Shown: one piece after another, positions 12,470 to 24,619 of the stretch
Layout: each line of letters begins with the position of its first letter
Numbering within the stretch: the first letter of the stretch is position 1
The notes under the pieces: model-generated
The model's database searches: none
What the model was told of the DNA's origin: nothing
The model's input: the letters and a program-made list of their open reading frames with translations, nothing else
Assembly: GCF_001194135.2 (NCBI RefSeq)
Contig: NC_068986.1
Coordinates: 6,597,665 to 6,661,664, forward strand
Direction of reading: 5' to 3'
DNA length: 64,000 nt
Source of the DNA: Octopus bimaculoides
Lineage: Eukaryota
Program-made: the position numbers and the translations under genes

Positions 12470-12830
12470 TTGTTACGATGTGGTAGCTTGTGTGCCTCAA
12501 TGACCTTGAGAGCTATGTTAGTGAAGAGTGTGCTCTTGGTAGAGCTTCTCATGCTAGACAGATAAAAGGATAGAGGCCAGAATAATATGAAGCGTCTCTC
12601 CTCTGAGGTATATATGAGCTTGTGTAAAGCCTAAAAAAGATACTAAGTTATAGAAGCATTGATGACGATTCAAAACCAAGAAAACCTGCGAGAGGAAGGC
12701 CTTCCTTCAGGGAAACATATGACACTGATGAGGATGGACCCATACAGAGAGAATAGTCTTGAGACGTCCTAGATATGATAACTGGAGAAAAGTTATTGAT
12801 GGCCTAACTTCTATTGGGAGCAAAGGGCTT
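12470..12830 (+). mobile_element. Old bipartite RTE-like fragment (5'UTR-like segment joined to ORF2 C-terminus)
   Basis: 12475-12590 resembles RTE/Expander 5'UTRs (GCTTGTGTGCCTCAATGACCTTGAGAGCTATG...CTTGGTAGAGC..CATG..AGACAG, recalled). 12670-12830 encodes KPRKPARGRPSFRETY...NWRKVIDGLTSIGSKGL, an RTE-type C-terminus. Confidence 0.5.
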
Positions 12831-12970
12831 AAGTTAGTACTAGTCAATTACTGGGGTGGAGTCTGTAGGCTCAAAACAGACATTAGCTAACCTATAACCT
12901 TACATAAGTTTAAGTTAGTCATTTACATTTATTCAACCATTAATAGAAAACCTGTAGTATAGTAATTTAC

Positions 12971-13052
12971 CTGAAAAAATGGTGAGAAACATCGTTTCTT
13001 TGAGGTGTTGGACAAATGCCACCATTTGGATGTTTAATAACTTCATTCTTCT
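12971..13052 (-). CDS. RGS22: RGS22-like gene, small coding exon
   Basis: gtttgctttcAG|AG acceptor, TCAG|GTAAAT donor, 82 nt (phase 1 to 2). Encodes (K)KNEVIKHPNGGICPTPQRNDVSHHFF(R). It exactly bridges the phase-1 donor at 18599 and the phase-2 acceptor at 11152. No recognisable motif, so support is from splice signals and phase only. Confidence 0.65.
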
Positions 13053-13342
13053 CTGAAAGCAAACATGAAAATGTTTTTAGTTTCATTTTATCATAAATAC
13101 AATTTAAAGCAATCTTGAGGATGATATTCATATTACACAGCTACAGTAAACACTTGTTATCAAGTCATAGCAGTCCATAATTAGACTTATAAATGCCACC
13201 AAAAATAAACTGGGTATAGTAACTAAAAACAATCCAGATACCAGTACAACAGAAATTAAATGAACTGCAAACTATTCTCTATGGAATATTACCTTGGTAA
13301 TTAAGTGCTTCAACAATGTAGATAACAAAATAGACGCAGGCC

Positions 13343-13722
13343 AGGCATAGCTGTGTGGTAAGAAGTTTACTTTCCAACCACGTGTTTTTTGGTTCAGTCC
13401 CACTGTGTGGCAACTTGGGCAAGTGTCTTCTACCATAGCCTTGGGCTGACCAAAACCTTGTGAGTGGATTTGGTAGATGGAAACTGAAAAAAGCCCATGT
13501 GTGTGTGTGTGTGTGTGTTTGTGTTTGTGTTTGTCCCTCACAACCACTTGACAACCAGTGTTGGTGTGTTTATGTCCTTTTAACTCAGCAGTTTGGTAAA
13601 AGAGTCTGATAGAATAAGTATCAGGCTTAAAAAAATGTTCTGAGGTCAATTCATTTGACAAAAACTTTTCAAAGGCAGTGCTCCAGTGTGGCTACAGTTT
13701 AATGATTGAAACAAATAAAAGA
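13343..13722 (+). mobile_element. SINE family A, full copy
   Basis: Same head, CORE-like segment, internal (GT)n and 3' part as 30385-30803. Confidence 0.8.
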
Positions 13723-15202
13723 AAATAAATAAATAGATAAATAAATAAATAGATAAATAAACAAATAAATAAATAAATGCAGATTCATCCTCAACATAGA
13801 ATTTTATCCTTTTAAAAATTTTTTTACTTATATTTCATATAACCTCTCTTTCAGGAAAAGTATGACAGTTGCAGCAAAAAGTTCATTGGTATTAGTATAA
13901 CTAATACTAGTGTTATAATACAAGCTAGAAAGTCATTCACCAACATCCATCAGTTATAAATATGTGGGTTCCAGGTGATCCAATTAACAGAACAACCTGC
14001 TCGTGAAATTAACATGCAAGTGGCTGAGCACCCCACAGACACATGTACCCTTAACCTAGTTCTCAGGAAGATTCAGCATGGCACAGAGTGACAAGGCTGG
14101 CCCTTTTGAATTAGAAATACAACTCATTTGCCAGCAGACTCGAATGGAGCAGTGTGAAATAAAGTGTCTTGCTCAAGGACACAATGTATTGCCAGGAATT
14201 GAACTCGTGACCTTATGATCATGAGCCAAATGCCCTAACCACTAAGCCACATGCCTTCACTTCTGATGATTCAGTGTTGGAGTAAAAAGTAAAGTGACGT
14301 GCTTTAGGAACCTGTGTTGTAACAATTTGACATTTCAACGCTTGCGATTGGTGTATGGGCAGAGACAGCAAAGGCAGATTACTATCCTCTGTACAGGTTG
14401 TAGCATGAGGAAATGCATCCAATACACTTCATAAGGTAGTTGGTGGATATTCTCCATTGAATATGTTTTGCTACATAGCTGGAGACTACAGCTATTTAAT
14501 AGATAAGAGCCTTCATGTCAAAATGAACCAGTTGCTGACAGGGTAATAAGATGTCATCATGATATGGAACTTGCTTTGCTCTTGAATAAACTTGACAGCA
14601 CAAACTATAGAAATAAACTTGACATCACAAACCTTAGAAACTGTTAGCAATGGAAAATATAAATGAGACCTAGTCCTCTAAGCCATCTTAGGGAAGTCAG
14701 TAACTCTGGATATGAAATGGCTCTGAATGACATCCCATCCAACCCATGCAGGTATGGAGAGTGAATATAAACTGATGATAATGATGATGATGATGGGGAG
14801 GAGGAAGAGGAGGAGGAGGAGGAGGGCTGATGATGATGATGATAATGAGGAGGAGGGGCTGATGATGATGATGATGGGGATGAGGATGAGGATGAGGAAA
14901 ATGATAATGAGGATGAGGATATATGTGTATGTTTGTGCGTGATGTATGTATGCATGAGGGACAGTGGAAGATATAAAAAATGAATTAGATTAAATTGTAA
15001 AGTCACCTTGAGAATCGCACTTATAGGACAGCATTGTGTTTTCCCTAGAAAACGTTACCTCCCGTATCTTTGTCTGTGATTTGGGTGTTAATACTGAGAA
15101 TGATGACTGAGGAAGGCTCGTTGGGTCTCCAGTTGCTACATCTTTGGTTTCTGATTGTTTTGGAAGAGAAGAGGAATTTCTGAAAGAATAAGGGCAAAAA
15201 TA

Positions 15203-15770
15203 TTGGGTCATCCCATAAATAATGCACTTTTTTCAATTGCATGAGCTAAAAGTTGGAGGGGGACAGGATAAACTACCTACATCAACTTGCTATAAAAGCA
15301 AGTAGTAATTTTACCCTGTACTTATTTTTAGTGGAATATTTGAAGAGTGCAGTTCAATTTTAACAGTTATTTTTCCAAAGCTATATAATGGAAATGACAA
15401 AGGAGCATATTCGACATATTTTGCTTTAAGAATTCAATTTAGGCAACAATGCAGCAGAAAGTGTGAGGAATATTAATGCAGTATAAGGGGATCGAACAAT
15501 AAGTGTAAGCCAGTGTCAATGGTAGTTCCAAAAATTCTGAGCTGGAAACTACAGCCTAGAAGATGAGTCTCATCCTGGAAGATCCGCAGAGCTTGATGAG
15601 GATATCCTGCAAACCCTGGTGGAACAAAATCACATTATAACTGTTGAGGAACTAGCAGAGAAGTTTGGATTTGGTCATTCAACCATTCATTGACACCTGC
15701 ATGCCATTGGAGACGTCAGCAAATTGGGTCAATGGATTCCTCACAAACTTTCCAATTTTAATCGCGTGCA
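15203..15770 (+). mobile_element. 5' half of a mariner of the same family (pseudogenised)
   Basis: TA + left TIR TTGGGTCATCCCATAAATAATGC. Colinear with 47911-48400 and continues to the WVPHEL-type motif (KLGQWIPHKL), then truncated. Contains in-frame stops. Confidence 0.85.
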
Positions 15771-16229
15771 GGGCAATAAGACAGGGCAATAAGATGTCAT
15801 CATGATACTGAACTCTCTTTCCTGTTGAATAAACTTGACATCACAAACTATTTCTTGCAACACATATTATAATCAGACGCAGAGACTTATTTTCCTTGCC
15901 TTGCACTAACTTACCATTTGTTTTAGAGTGAATAACTTTTTAACATACTGAAATAATGCACAACCTTTTTACACTAAAAAAGGAAAGTAAAAACTTTTGC
16001 CTGTATTTTACGATGCTTATATCTTACATCAAATTGAAAGTAAACTTTAGTTGTATAGTATGAAAATTTCTACAATTATTTTCAACTCATGCAGCATTAC
16101 ATTAAACATGCTCTTTACTCTCACAAAACATGCAATATTTATTATTTTTTTTGTATTCTCTTATGTACTAATGTTTCTTAGCCATTATTATGTATAACAT
16201 TCTTCTACTGTTGGACTAAAATTTGCATG

Positions 16230-16657
16230 AAATTAGTTCTGGCCACTATTTTTATTTTAAAATTAAATTAGTTCTGGACACCGTTTTTATTATAGAATTA
16301 AATTAGTTCTGGCCACTATTTTTATTATAGAATTAAATTAGTTCTGGCCACTATTTTTATTTTAAAATTAAATTAGTTCTGACCACTATTTTTATTATAA
16401 AATCAAATTAATTCTGGCCACTGTTTTGATTATAAAATTAAATTAGTTCTGGTCACTATCTTTACTATAAAATTAAATTAGTTCTGGTCACCGTTTTTAT
16501 TATAGAATTAAATTAGTTCTGGCCACTATTTTTATTATCAAATTAAATTAATTCTGGCCACTGTCTTGATTATAAAATTAAATTAGTTCTGGCCACTGTT
16601 TTTATTAAAGAATTAAATTAGTTCTGGCTACTATTTTTATTATAAAATTAAATTAGT
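16230..16657. repeat. 35-bp minisatellite, about 12.2 units
   Basis: Consensus AAATTAGTTCTGGCCACTATTTTTATTATA(G/A)AATT; units start every 35 bp from 16230. Confidence 0.95.
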
Positions 16658-18142
16658 AAATTGTTGAAAGATTTACCTTTTGTTCCTATTTCTTTCCTTT
16701 GCTCTGAATTATAAGTTGCCTGGCATAAGCATTCATGTTATAACAAGACTTGTGAACTTTTTATATTATTATGCTTGTAATTTGTCAAAATCTTATTGTC
16801 TCTCATCAAAAGGAGACCTTCAACCTTTGATCCCTCACCATCCTAAATATCTTATTCATCTGCTAGGAATCATATACAACGTATAATATTTAATTTTAAA
16901 ATCAATCCACATTCCAAAAAGCTTTTATCAAAGAAACCAGTTCATATTAAAAAATTGCGAGTAAGGTTTAAAATAAGAAAACTCACTGAGGTATGCTTTC
17001 TTTACCAAAGTTATTGGTAGATTTAGGGGTCTTACTTTCAACTATTAATATATCACTGTCTTTCTGTGTGCAGGAAGTGAGGTATCCATCATCAACAATA
17101 ACTCCACTAGCTTGATAAAAGAAACACAAAATAGAAGAAAATTTTTTAAAAGACTTATAGAAAATTAATTCATCTGGAAGTTATTTTAAAATGACATTTT
17201 TATCTCTGAAAAAGTAAATAGTTGAAAGTTATGAGAGATTTTAATATATATTCTAGTTACTCTGGTATATGAAAAAAGCATCTGGTACAGGCTGTAATAT
17301 GGTTTGTGATAGGAAGAGTCTCAGCTATAGAAACCATGTTAAATAGACACTGCAACACATGAAGCCGTTTTTAGGCCCATTGGATCCTGTCAAGCCATCC
17401 AATCCATACCAGTATGGAAGATTTTCAATAAATGATTATAATGATAAGTAAGCCAGCAGTACAGTAAGAATATTGGAAAAATTCCTGTGACATTCTTTCC
17501 ATAAAGTGGTAAACTGGCAGAATCATAAAGGAATCAGAAAAAGCCTATGGCATTTCTACCAGTTATTTATGTTCTGATTTCAAATCCTGTCAAAATCAAC
17601 TTTACTTTTCATCCTTCCGAAGTTGATAGGTACCTGTCAATTTAATTGATGAAGCCCCTCCTCCTAAAAGCTGCTTGCTTTGTATCTAAATTAAAAACAA
17701 TTATTGCAAGCCAACCAAATATTAGTGAATTTCATAAGGATAATATCACAATTTTATATCTACTTAGAACTTAATGAAAGGGGCTCTTGAAAATTACAGT
17801 GGAGGTGACAGGATATGAACTATTAACTCTTTGGGTACTTGTTTATTATCCAATTACTTTGGAAAATAAACTTCCCATGCAGGAAGTCATATATCTATAT
17901 TCGATATTTTTCAATAAATAAAATTAAAAACAAACATTCATACTATAAAGAAAATTATAAAGAACAAATATGAACAGTAAAATAAATAAATATGCAAAAT
18001 GTGCAAAATGGTTTTAGATTCTTCATGAAATAAATGTGTTTTCAAAAAATTGCTGACTTTAAAATTAAGTAGTCAATGTATTTGTCCCTGTTCTATGAAT
18101 CTAATAGTAAAGGATATTACAGAACTTGAAGTCTTCAATGTG

Positions 18143-18568
18143 AATGGAGCTGGGGTACTGCCTTGAAAGGTTTAGTCAGACATATCAACCTCAGTACTTA
18201 TTATAAGTCTGAGCCGCTAGGATATGGGATACAAAATGATCAACACTGGTTGTCAAGTGGTAGGAGAGGACAAACACAATGGCACACACAAAATACATGC
18301 ATACACACACACACATACACACATGTATACATACATAAATACATACACACATGCAGGGACTCATAATGCATGCAAAGATACATACATACATACATACATA
18401 TATATATACATTCACATATAATGGGCTTCCACACAATTTCCATCTATCAAATTCACTCACAAGGCCTGAGGTTATAATAAAAGACACTTGCCCAAGGTGT
18501 CATACAGTGGGACTACACATGAAACCATGTGGCTGCAAAGTAAGCTTCTTAATCCCAAAAACCATACC
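18143..18568 (-). mobile_element. SINE family A, full copy, reverse orientation
   Basis: Reverse complement of the family A head (AAGACACTTGCCCAAGGTG...ACCATGTGG) and of the 3' part; ends about 30 bp from the donor at 18598. Confidence 0.8.
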
Positions 18569-18598
18569 TCTTACACAAAGTATATTTGAATTACTTAC

Positions 18599-18858
18599 TT
18601 GGTTCTGATGCAGTCTGAGAAAAATATGTTCTTTGTGGTTGCGGAGCAGAATATGTTAAATTTATCCAAGAATAGTTTGGTTCTTGACTTTCAATAAAAG
18701 TGGAAGAAGCGCCATTACTAAGACTGGAAACACAACTTCCAGTTTGCCGACTGTAACCTCGAATAAGTTGGCTTGATTCTTGGCTATCTCCCACTCGCTG
18801 CTCATCCAAAGGCCGTAATATTTGCTTACAGAGCTTCATTTCTCTAAAGAGTTCAGAC
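18599..18858 (-). CDS. RGS22: RGS22-like gene, coding exon
   Basis: ctttgcAG|G acceptor, CCAA|GTAAGT donor, 260 nt (phase 2 to 1). Encodes (R)SELFREMKLCKQILRPLDEQR...SQTASEP. 'LFIRSELFREMKLCK' parallels RGS22 'FLESDCYFEYRLAK' as recalled. Confidence 0.85.
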
Positions 18859-19566
18859 CTGCAAAGATCAGGAAACAAAACATGGTCTATTATTTTTTGT
18901 GTTTTTTACTCAAAAACAACTTTCACCTATATTTTTGCACACTTTATTCTAAAACAGCATTCATAAATAAGCAGGTATAAGTAGGTTGTTACCCAAATCT
19001 ACAATACAAGATTGACTCTTGGTCACATGACATCACTATGCTTACTCCACATTCTTACGATATTTGGCTGCAGACAGTAACTTAGAGAAGGATGTGTCCT
19101 GCCAGATCAATTATCAACTTATTGATGTGATACAGTAAATAACACTTCAATTGTTGTCTGAAATTTCAGTAAGGGTTTGTATTTTTAGGTTCTCTTTTAT
19201 ATCCCAATTGGCTGAAAACACCAGTCCAGCAATACTTGTATATATTAAGTCCTCTGATCCATACAAGGTTAAAATTGGTTTCAAATTTTTCCACAAGGGC
19301 AGCAATTCTAGGGGAGGGGTAAGTCAGTTACATCAACCCTAGTATTCAATTGGTACTTATTTCCTCAATCCTGAAAGGATGAAAGGTAAAGTCGACCTCA
19401 GTGGAATTTGAACTCAGAATGTAAAGACAAACGAAATGCTAAGCATTTTGCCTGGCATGTTACCAATTCTGCCAGCTTGCTGTCTTAATACAAGGCTAAT
19501 ATTAAATTATATGAACTATTTTCTTAGGAAGACAGACAATTATGCCCAAAATATACATATATTCTA

Positions 19567-19780
19567 AGCATGCTGTGTGGTTAAGAAGCTCACTTTGCAA
19601 CTTTGTGGGTTTGGGTTCAGTTCCACAGTGCAGCACCTTAAGCAAGGGTTTCCTGCTATTGCCCTGCAGTGACCAATGTTTTGTGAGTAAATTTGGTAGA
19701 CAGAAACTGTGAGAATGCTCATTCTCTCTGTCTCTGTCTGTCTGTCTCTCTCTCTTTCTCTCCCCCTCCACACATATGAA

Positions 19781-19838
<58 letters not shown>

Positions 19839-20037
19839 TATGTTTGTGTTTGTCTCCCCACCACTTGACAATCAGTGTTGGGTTGTTTACTTTGTGGTTT
19901 GGCAAAACTGACCAATAGAATAAGTGCCAGACTATTAAAAACTAAGTACTGATATTAATTTATTCAACTAAACATATCAAGGTGGCACTCCAGCATGGCT
20001 ACAGTCAGGTGACTGAAGCAAATAAAAGATAAAAGAT
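19567..20037 (+). mobile_element. SINE family A, full copy
   Basis: GCTGTGTGGTTAAGAAG head, internal (CT)/(GT)n, 3' CTCCAGCATGGCTACAGTC end. Confidence 0.8.
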
Positions 20038-20119
20038 ATTGTATACATTTATTCAAATGTAATTAATTAGATTACTTGGTGTCAGAAGTTAATTTGCAAG
20101 AATAGTTTTCTAAACTCGC

Positions 20120-20295
20120 CTTATAAAAAGTGGTAGTCTTCTGTATTGTGCCCATGAAAGCATCCTCTCACATTCTTCTGATGTAGCTCCATACTGAGAC
20201 AAGGGTGTTTCTGTAGAACCATTTTCATTAATATTTGGTTGGCTGTCCTCAAAAGCTCCTGTTAAACGGTTATAAGATAAACCAATTGGGAAAAC
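20120..20295 (-). CDS. RGS22: RGS22-like gene, coding exon ending in a GC donor
   Basis: gtttttcAG|GTT acceptor, 176 nt (phase 0 to 2). Encodes VFPIGLSYNRLTGAFED...MLSWAQYRRLPLFI(R). The only phase-compatible donor is AAG|GCGAGT. Confidence 0.85.
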
Positions 20296-20336
20296 CTGAA
20301 AAACGAAATTTGAAAATAATTTCATTTTAACAATAA

Positions 20337-20462
20337 GAGCTGATGGTCAAGATAATGGAGGTGGCAGAAGATCTTCCCAAGGACACAGTGAGGAATGCAC
20401 ACACTAGATTCTGGAGCTGTCTTGAGGCTGTGGTGGAAGGTGAGGGCAGCTACTTAGAATAA
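20337..20462 (+). mobile_element. C-terminal fragment of a Tc1/mariner-superfamily transposase
   Basis: ELMVKIMEVAEDLPKDTVRNAHTRFWSCLEAVVEGEGSYLE* resembles the terminal 'L...I.........V..A...F..RL.AV...G..IE*' helix of DD37D/DD41D-type transposases (recalled pattern). Confidence 0.55.
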
Positions 20463-21237
20463 ACTGTTCTATCCCAGCCATAATCTAGTTGATACTTTTT
20501 GACTTTTTAAAATACTTTCATTTTTAGATGGGATATTGTGTTTTATTTTCCTTTTATGGAAACTGTCAAATTTGCCCAAACATCCTGTATATCACCTTTC
20601 ATGCACTTTTTTCTGTAAGGGATTTAAGAAAATTAAAAGGTTAATATTTTTGAAAATCTGGATATGTATTGGCAATTTTACATGTATTTGTATATTTGAA
20701 TACCTACTTGGCATGCAGTAAAGTATCTAGGTGTGTGAGAGAGATAGCAATGAGGGCTATCTGCCCTAGGTGACACTTTTATGGGGGTAGCAGTTTTGGG
20801 TCTACTGTATAAGGCTGGAGGTCCTGTTAGGGAGTGTGGTAAACTTGAGGGTTTCCCCAAACAGCACATACTCTAGATATGGCACTGATGGCATGAAGCA
20901 TGTGGCTATGTGCACATGTTTTATTCCATTTTCAGTGTGTCATGGAATGAACACCTCATTAATACAAGAAACTTCTAAAAGTATCAAATAGCATTAGAGA
21001 AAAATGAATTTGCTTTGCTGGACACTGGAGCTGGTTAGGGACATCCTATTTCAAATATCTCAATGTCGTTGCAATTGCATTGATTTAAGTATAGTGAAAA
21101 TATTCATCAATCAGTTTAAAGATGACATGTAATGTAACCGACAGGAACTTCCACATACCATGGATGATGATGATGATAGTGGTGGTAGTGGTGGTGGTGG
21201 TGGTGGTGGTGGTGACGATGATGACGATGATGACGAC

Positions 21238-21277
<40 letters not shown>

Positions 21278-21279
21278 TT

Positions 21280-21324
<45 letters not shown>

Positions 21325-21869
21325 TTTGAACGATGGAGTTGTGAAAACTACAGTGATCTTGCAGTATCCTTTATCCACAGTAATTGATGCATTACTGTAT
21401 ATTTAAAGCACTGATTAGTTAGTTGACAACAGGAAATACCCATCATTATTAAGTATAAAACAGATTGATTTGGATCCAATTTCAGTAATCAACATGAAAT
21501 TCAGCTTTGATAATTCTGAATTTGTAATTGCTAATACTGTCCAAATTATAAGATGAAGCAAAAGGGGCTGAAAATGTGCCAAGAATTATCGGAAATATAT
21601 CAAAAATAGAGCTGTGACTTCCTGTATGAGCTTTTGATAATCACATGTGGGTTTTTTTTTTTTATTATGTAAAAGCTTAATTCATATACAATAGTCTTAG
21701 TGACAGGTATATATACATTAAAGACAAGTTTATAGAGGAATCAACTCTAATTTCTCTATAAACATCTTACAGAATTTCAAAATAAGAATCACATTCCTTG
21801 GAGTTGATAGGATGTCTTTTTTTCCCTTCAACAAAACAATGTACTATGTCTATGTAGCTGTGTAGAAGA

Positions 21870-22410
21870 AATGCTTATGAAAAAAATTTGACTCTATGAT
21901 GCTAGAAGTGGTGCAGAAGCACCTTTATAAACTTAACACAGTGTCATGACAGTTTTTGTTCTGCTTTATAAGTTGAAGTAGTATAAACCAATGCACTAAG
22001 TTACTTATACTCATATACACGCACAGGTTCACACAATTTTCAGCTTGCCCACACATACATACTCACGCATTCACCTCCCATTCATATATACACACTCACA
22101 CTCACCATTCTCACATACACACATGTGCTTGTACACCTTAGCTTCATCTGGGTCACCGTTCTTATCTCCCTTCCATTCAGCCTCTTTCTTCCAGCCATTT
22201 CATCATGTTGAACCATTCATTAATCCCTAACATTTTCTTTTTCTCTCCATTTTTTTTTCCATTTTCTCTCTGTTTTTTTCCTCTTAATCCTTTCCGTCAA
22301 AGTGCATAGGCTTGAAACGTCAGAGACTTTTCCATTCTTCACAAGTGTTAAACTAATAAAACCTGCTTGTTATTCCTTCACCTGTCTTCATCTTTTGCTG
22401 TCTGTAAATT
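21870..22410 (+). mobile_element. Decayed Penelope-like 3' fragment with a relic minimal hammerhead (22290-22325)
   Basis: LYKLNTV-like motif, (CA)-rich spacer, then CTTT-CCGTCAA-AGTGCATAGGCTT-GAAACGTC-AGAG. GAAAC-GUC and stem I are present, but the CUGANGA core is mutated. Confidence 0.35.
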
Positions 22411-24619
22411 TTAACTATATAAACCAAGGACAATGAGTTTCTCATAGAATTCATATTCATCAACAGAATTCAAAAAGCTGTGTGAAGATAGACACATTGA
22501 AGCTATATACATTATAGGCTTCTATGTTTTTTCACCCAAATTCAGCTCTCTTGTCTTAGTCAATTACTTTAGTTCTACGCAGTATAATACAAAAATGGGT
22601 ATGTGTGCATGTCACATTGGACAGCTTAATTGCAAAAGCATTCCAACTGCTGTGTATAACCCTCATGCCATTTCCATCCTTGAATTTCATTTGTAGAAAT
22701 GTAAGACTACAAATCCAATTTTGACAGTTAAGTAAATAGAAGCTTTACCTTAAGCCAAAATGAAGCGCATAATAGTAGCTGAATTATATTGAATCACATT
22801 AAAACAGTACATAATTGCAATGTCTCAGAATTGTATCAGAGGTGACCTATTCTTTGCTACAAAATGCAATACAGAGCTATATGGTTAAAGAGTTTGCTTC
22901 ACAACCATGTGGTTTTAGGTTCAATCCCATTGCACTGCCCCTTGGTCAAGTATCTTCTGTCAGAGTCTTGGGCTGATCAAAGTGAGTAGAATTTTGTAGA
23001 TAGAAACTGTGTGGCAGCCCAATGGAGAAACCATTCTCAAACATGAGTATTGGCTTAATTTTAACTCAACTACCTGTATCATGGATGTTTTATAGAATAC
23101 ACCTTGTTGTTAAGAATCAAGTTAGGTCTCTGGACCAAAGATAATTTCCATCAAGTATGTAGGCTATAAAAAATGAGGCCAGGAGCTCTGCACTTCTACA
23201 TCTGTCGAAGCCCTTAATTACTCCCAACCATTCAATAACACCATTACAATGTGTAATGTTACTCCAGATGTTTTCCAAATAAATCCAATTGCCTAAATAA
23301 TTATTTCAAATTTTTGTCACAAAGGCAGCTTGAGAGAGGTGGAGATGAGTCGATTACACTGACCCCAGTGTTCCACTGGTACTTATGTTATCAACCCCAA
23401 AAGGATGAAAAGCAAAGTTGACCTCGGCAGAATTTTAGCTCAGAATGTAGCAGCAGACGAAATGCCGCTAAGCATTTCGCACAGCATGCTAACAATTCTG
23501 CCAGCTCGCTGCCTTCTCAACGACTTAAATAATAACACATTGAGTACAGCTTATAATCAATGGAAGTGTTAGTGGATTTACAGTGGATGTGAATGCTTAC
23601 TAGTCACAGATACAGTGACAAATTACATCAGTAGCAATGATGATAACTGTTATAACAGTGCAGACTATATGTAGTAATGTAAGCACTAATATGATGCAAG
23701 CTTTGATTAATCAAAACACTAGCTGCACCAAGGAGAGCTAAGCTCGCATCTACCTTAGCGAAAGGTTGATTAAATTGATATCTCAATTGTCATAGATATT
23801 TATGTATAATGTTACCAAGTATAATATGTATAACAATTTTGGGGGCTTGAATTGTGTTAAAAACATATAATGCTATGCTGTTGCATTGCTACTACAAGGG
23901 TTGATAATCAACCATAATCTAGTGTGTTAGTTTCTTTAGTATTTAATTTCATTCCCTATTTAAGTCAGCTGTTGCAACTTTCCAACCAGATCAGTGTGCT
24001 ATTTCTTGCAGAAGGCTGATCTGAAACCCAGACAACTAAAAAAAAGTCACCAAGGAGATAAGCACCACAGCTGAAACCAACTCAAGGCAGTTGTGGTTGA
24101 CAAGAGATCACATGTGGAAACATTCTGCAGAGAAAACAATATTCAGTTCTAGCTGCCCCACTCAGGTAAAGCATACTGACTAATGAGCAATGTTCATGTG
24201 ACCCTGAGCTACTTGATGGTATGGAAGGGCTTTAAACATTGTAATGGGCTCAGAAGAAGAGCTTGCAATACCTCTGAGTAGTTCCAGTAATGTGAGAGCA
24301 AGTGGCTCAGTGGTTATGGGGTTACATTCACAATTGCAAGTTTCAAGTTTTCAATTCTCTGATCAGGCTGTGTGTTGTTGTACAACACTTGTGAGTAAAA
24401 CACTTAATTTACTTTCTGCTTTGATCACTTCAACATCTGACATGTAGCACACCATGCACAAGGCAATGTTCATTTGATGGAGTGAGTGAGCTAAAGTAGA
24501 GCACAGACATTTGATCCCTATAAACAAATCACCTGTGCACGTTGTTCAGCAAGAAATTGCAGAATACTGATCTGGTATCTACTGCAGCAAAGTTCACCAG
24601 AACCACAACCACCACCACC

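Noticed and set aside
12726-12770. CTGATGA followed by a weak stem, as another possible hammerhead (likewise 3179, 14263, 61487)
   Set aside because: No correctly placed GAAA/stem III/NUH elements.
16230-16657. CRISPR-like appearance of regular 35-bp repeats (also the 63-bp array at 38304)
   Set aside because: The units are contiguous with no unique spacers, there are no cas genes, and the context is eukaryotic.
24012-24165. Plus-strand exon-like segment (ttcttgcAG|...CAG|GTAAAG)
   Set aside because: Stops in all three frames and no partner exons; at most a non-coding exon, which cannot be supported from sequence alone.
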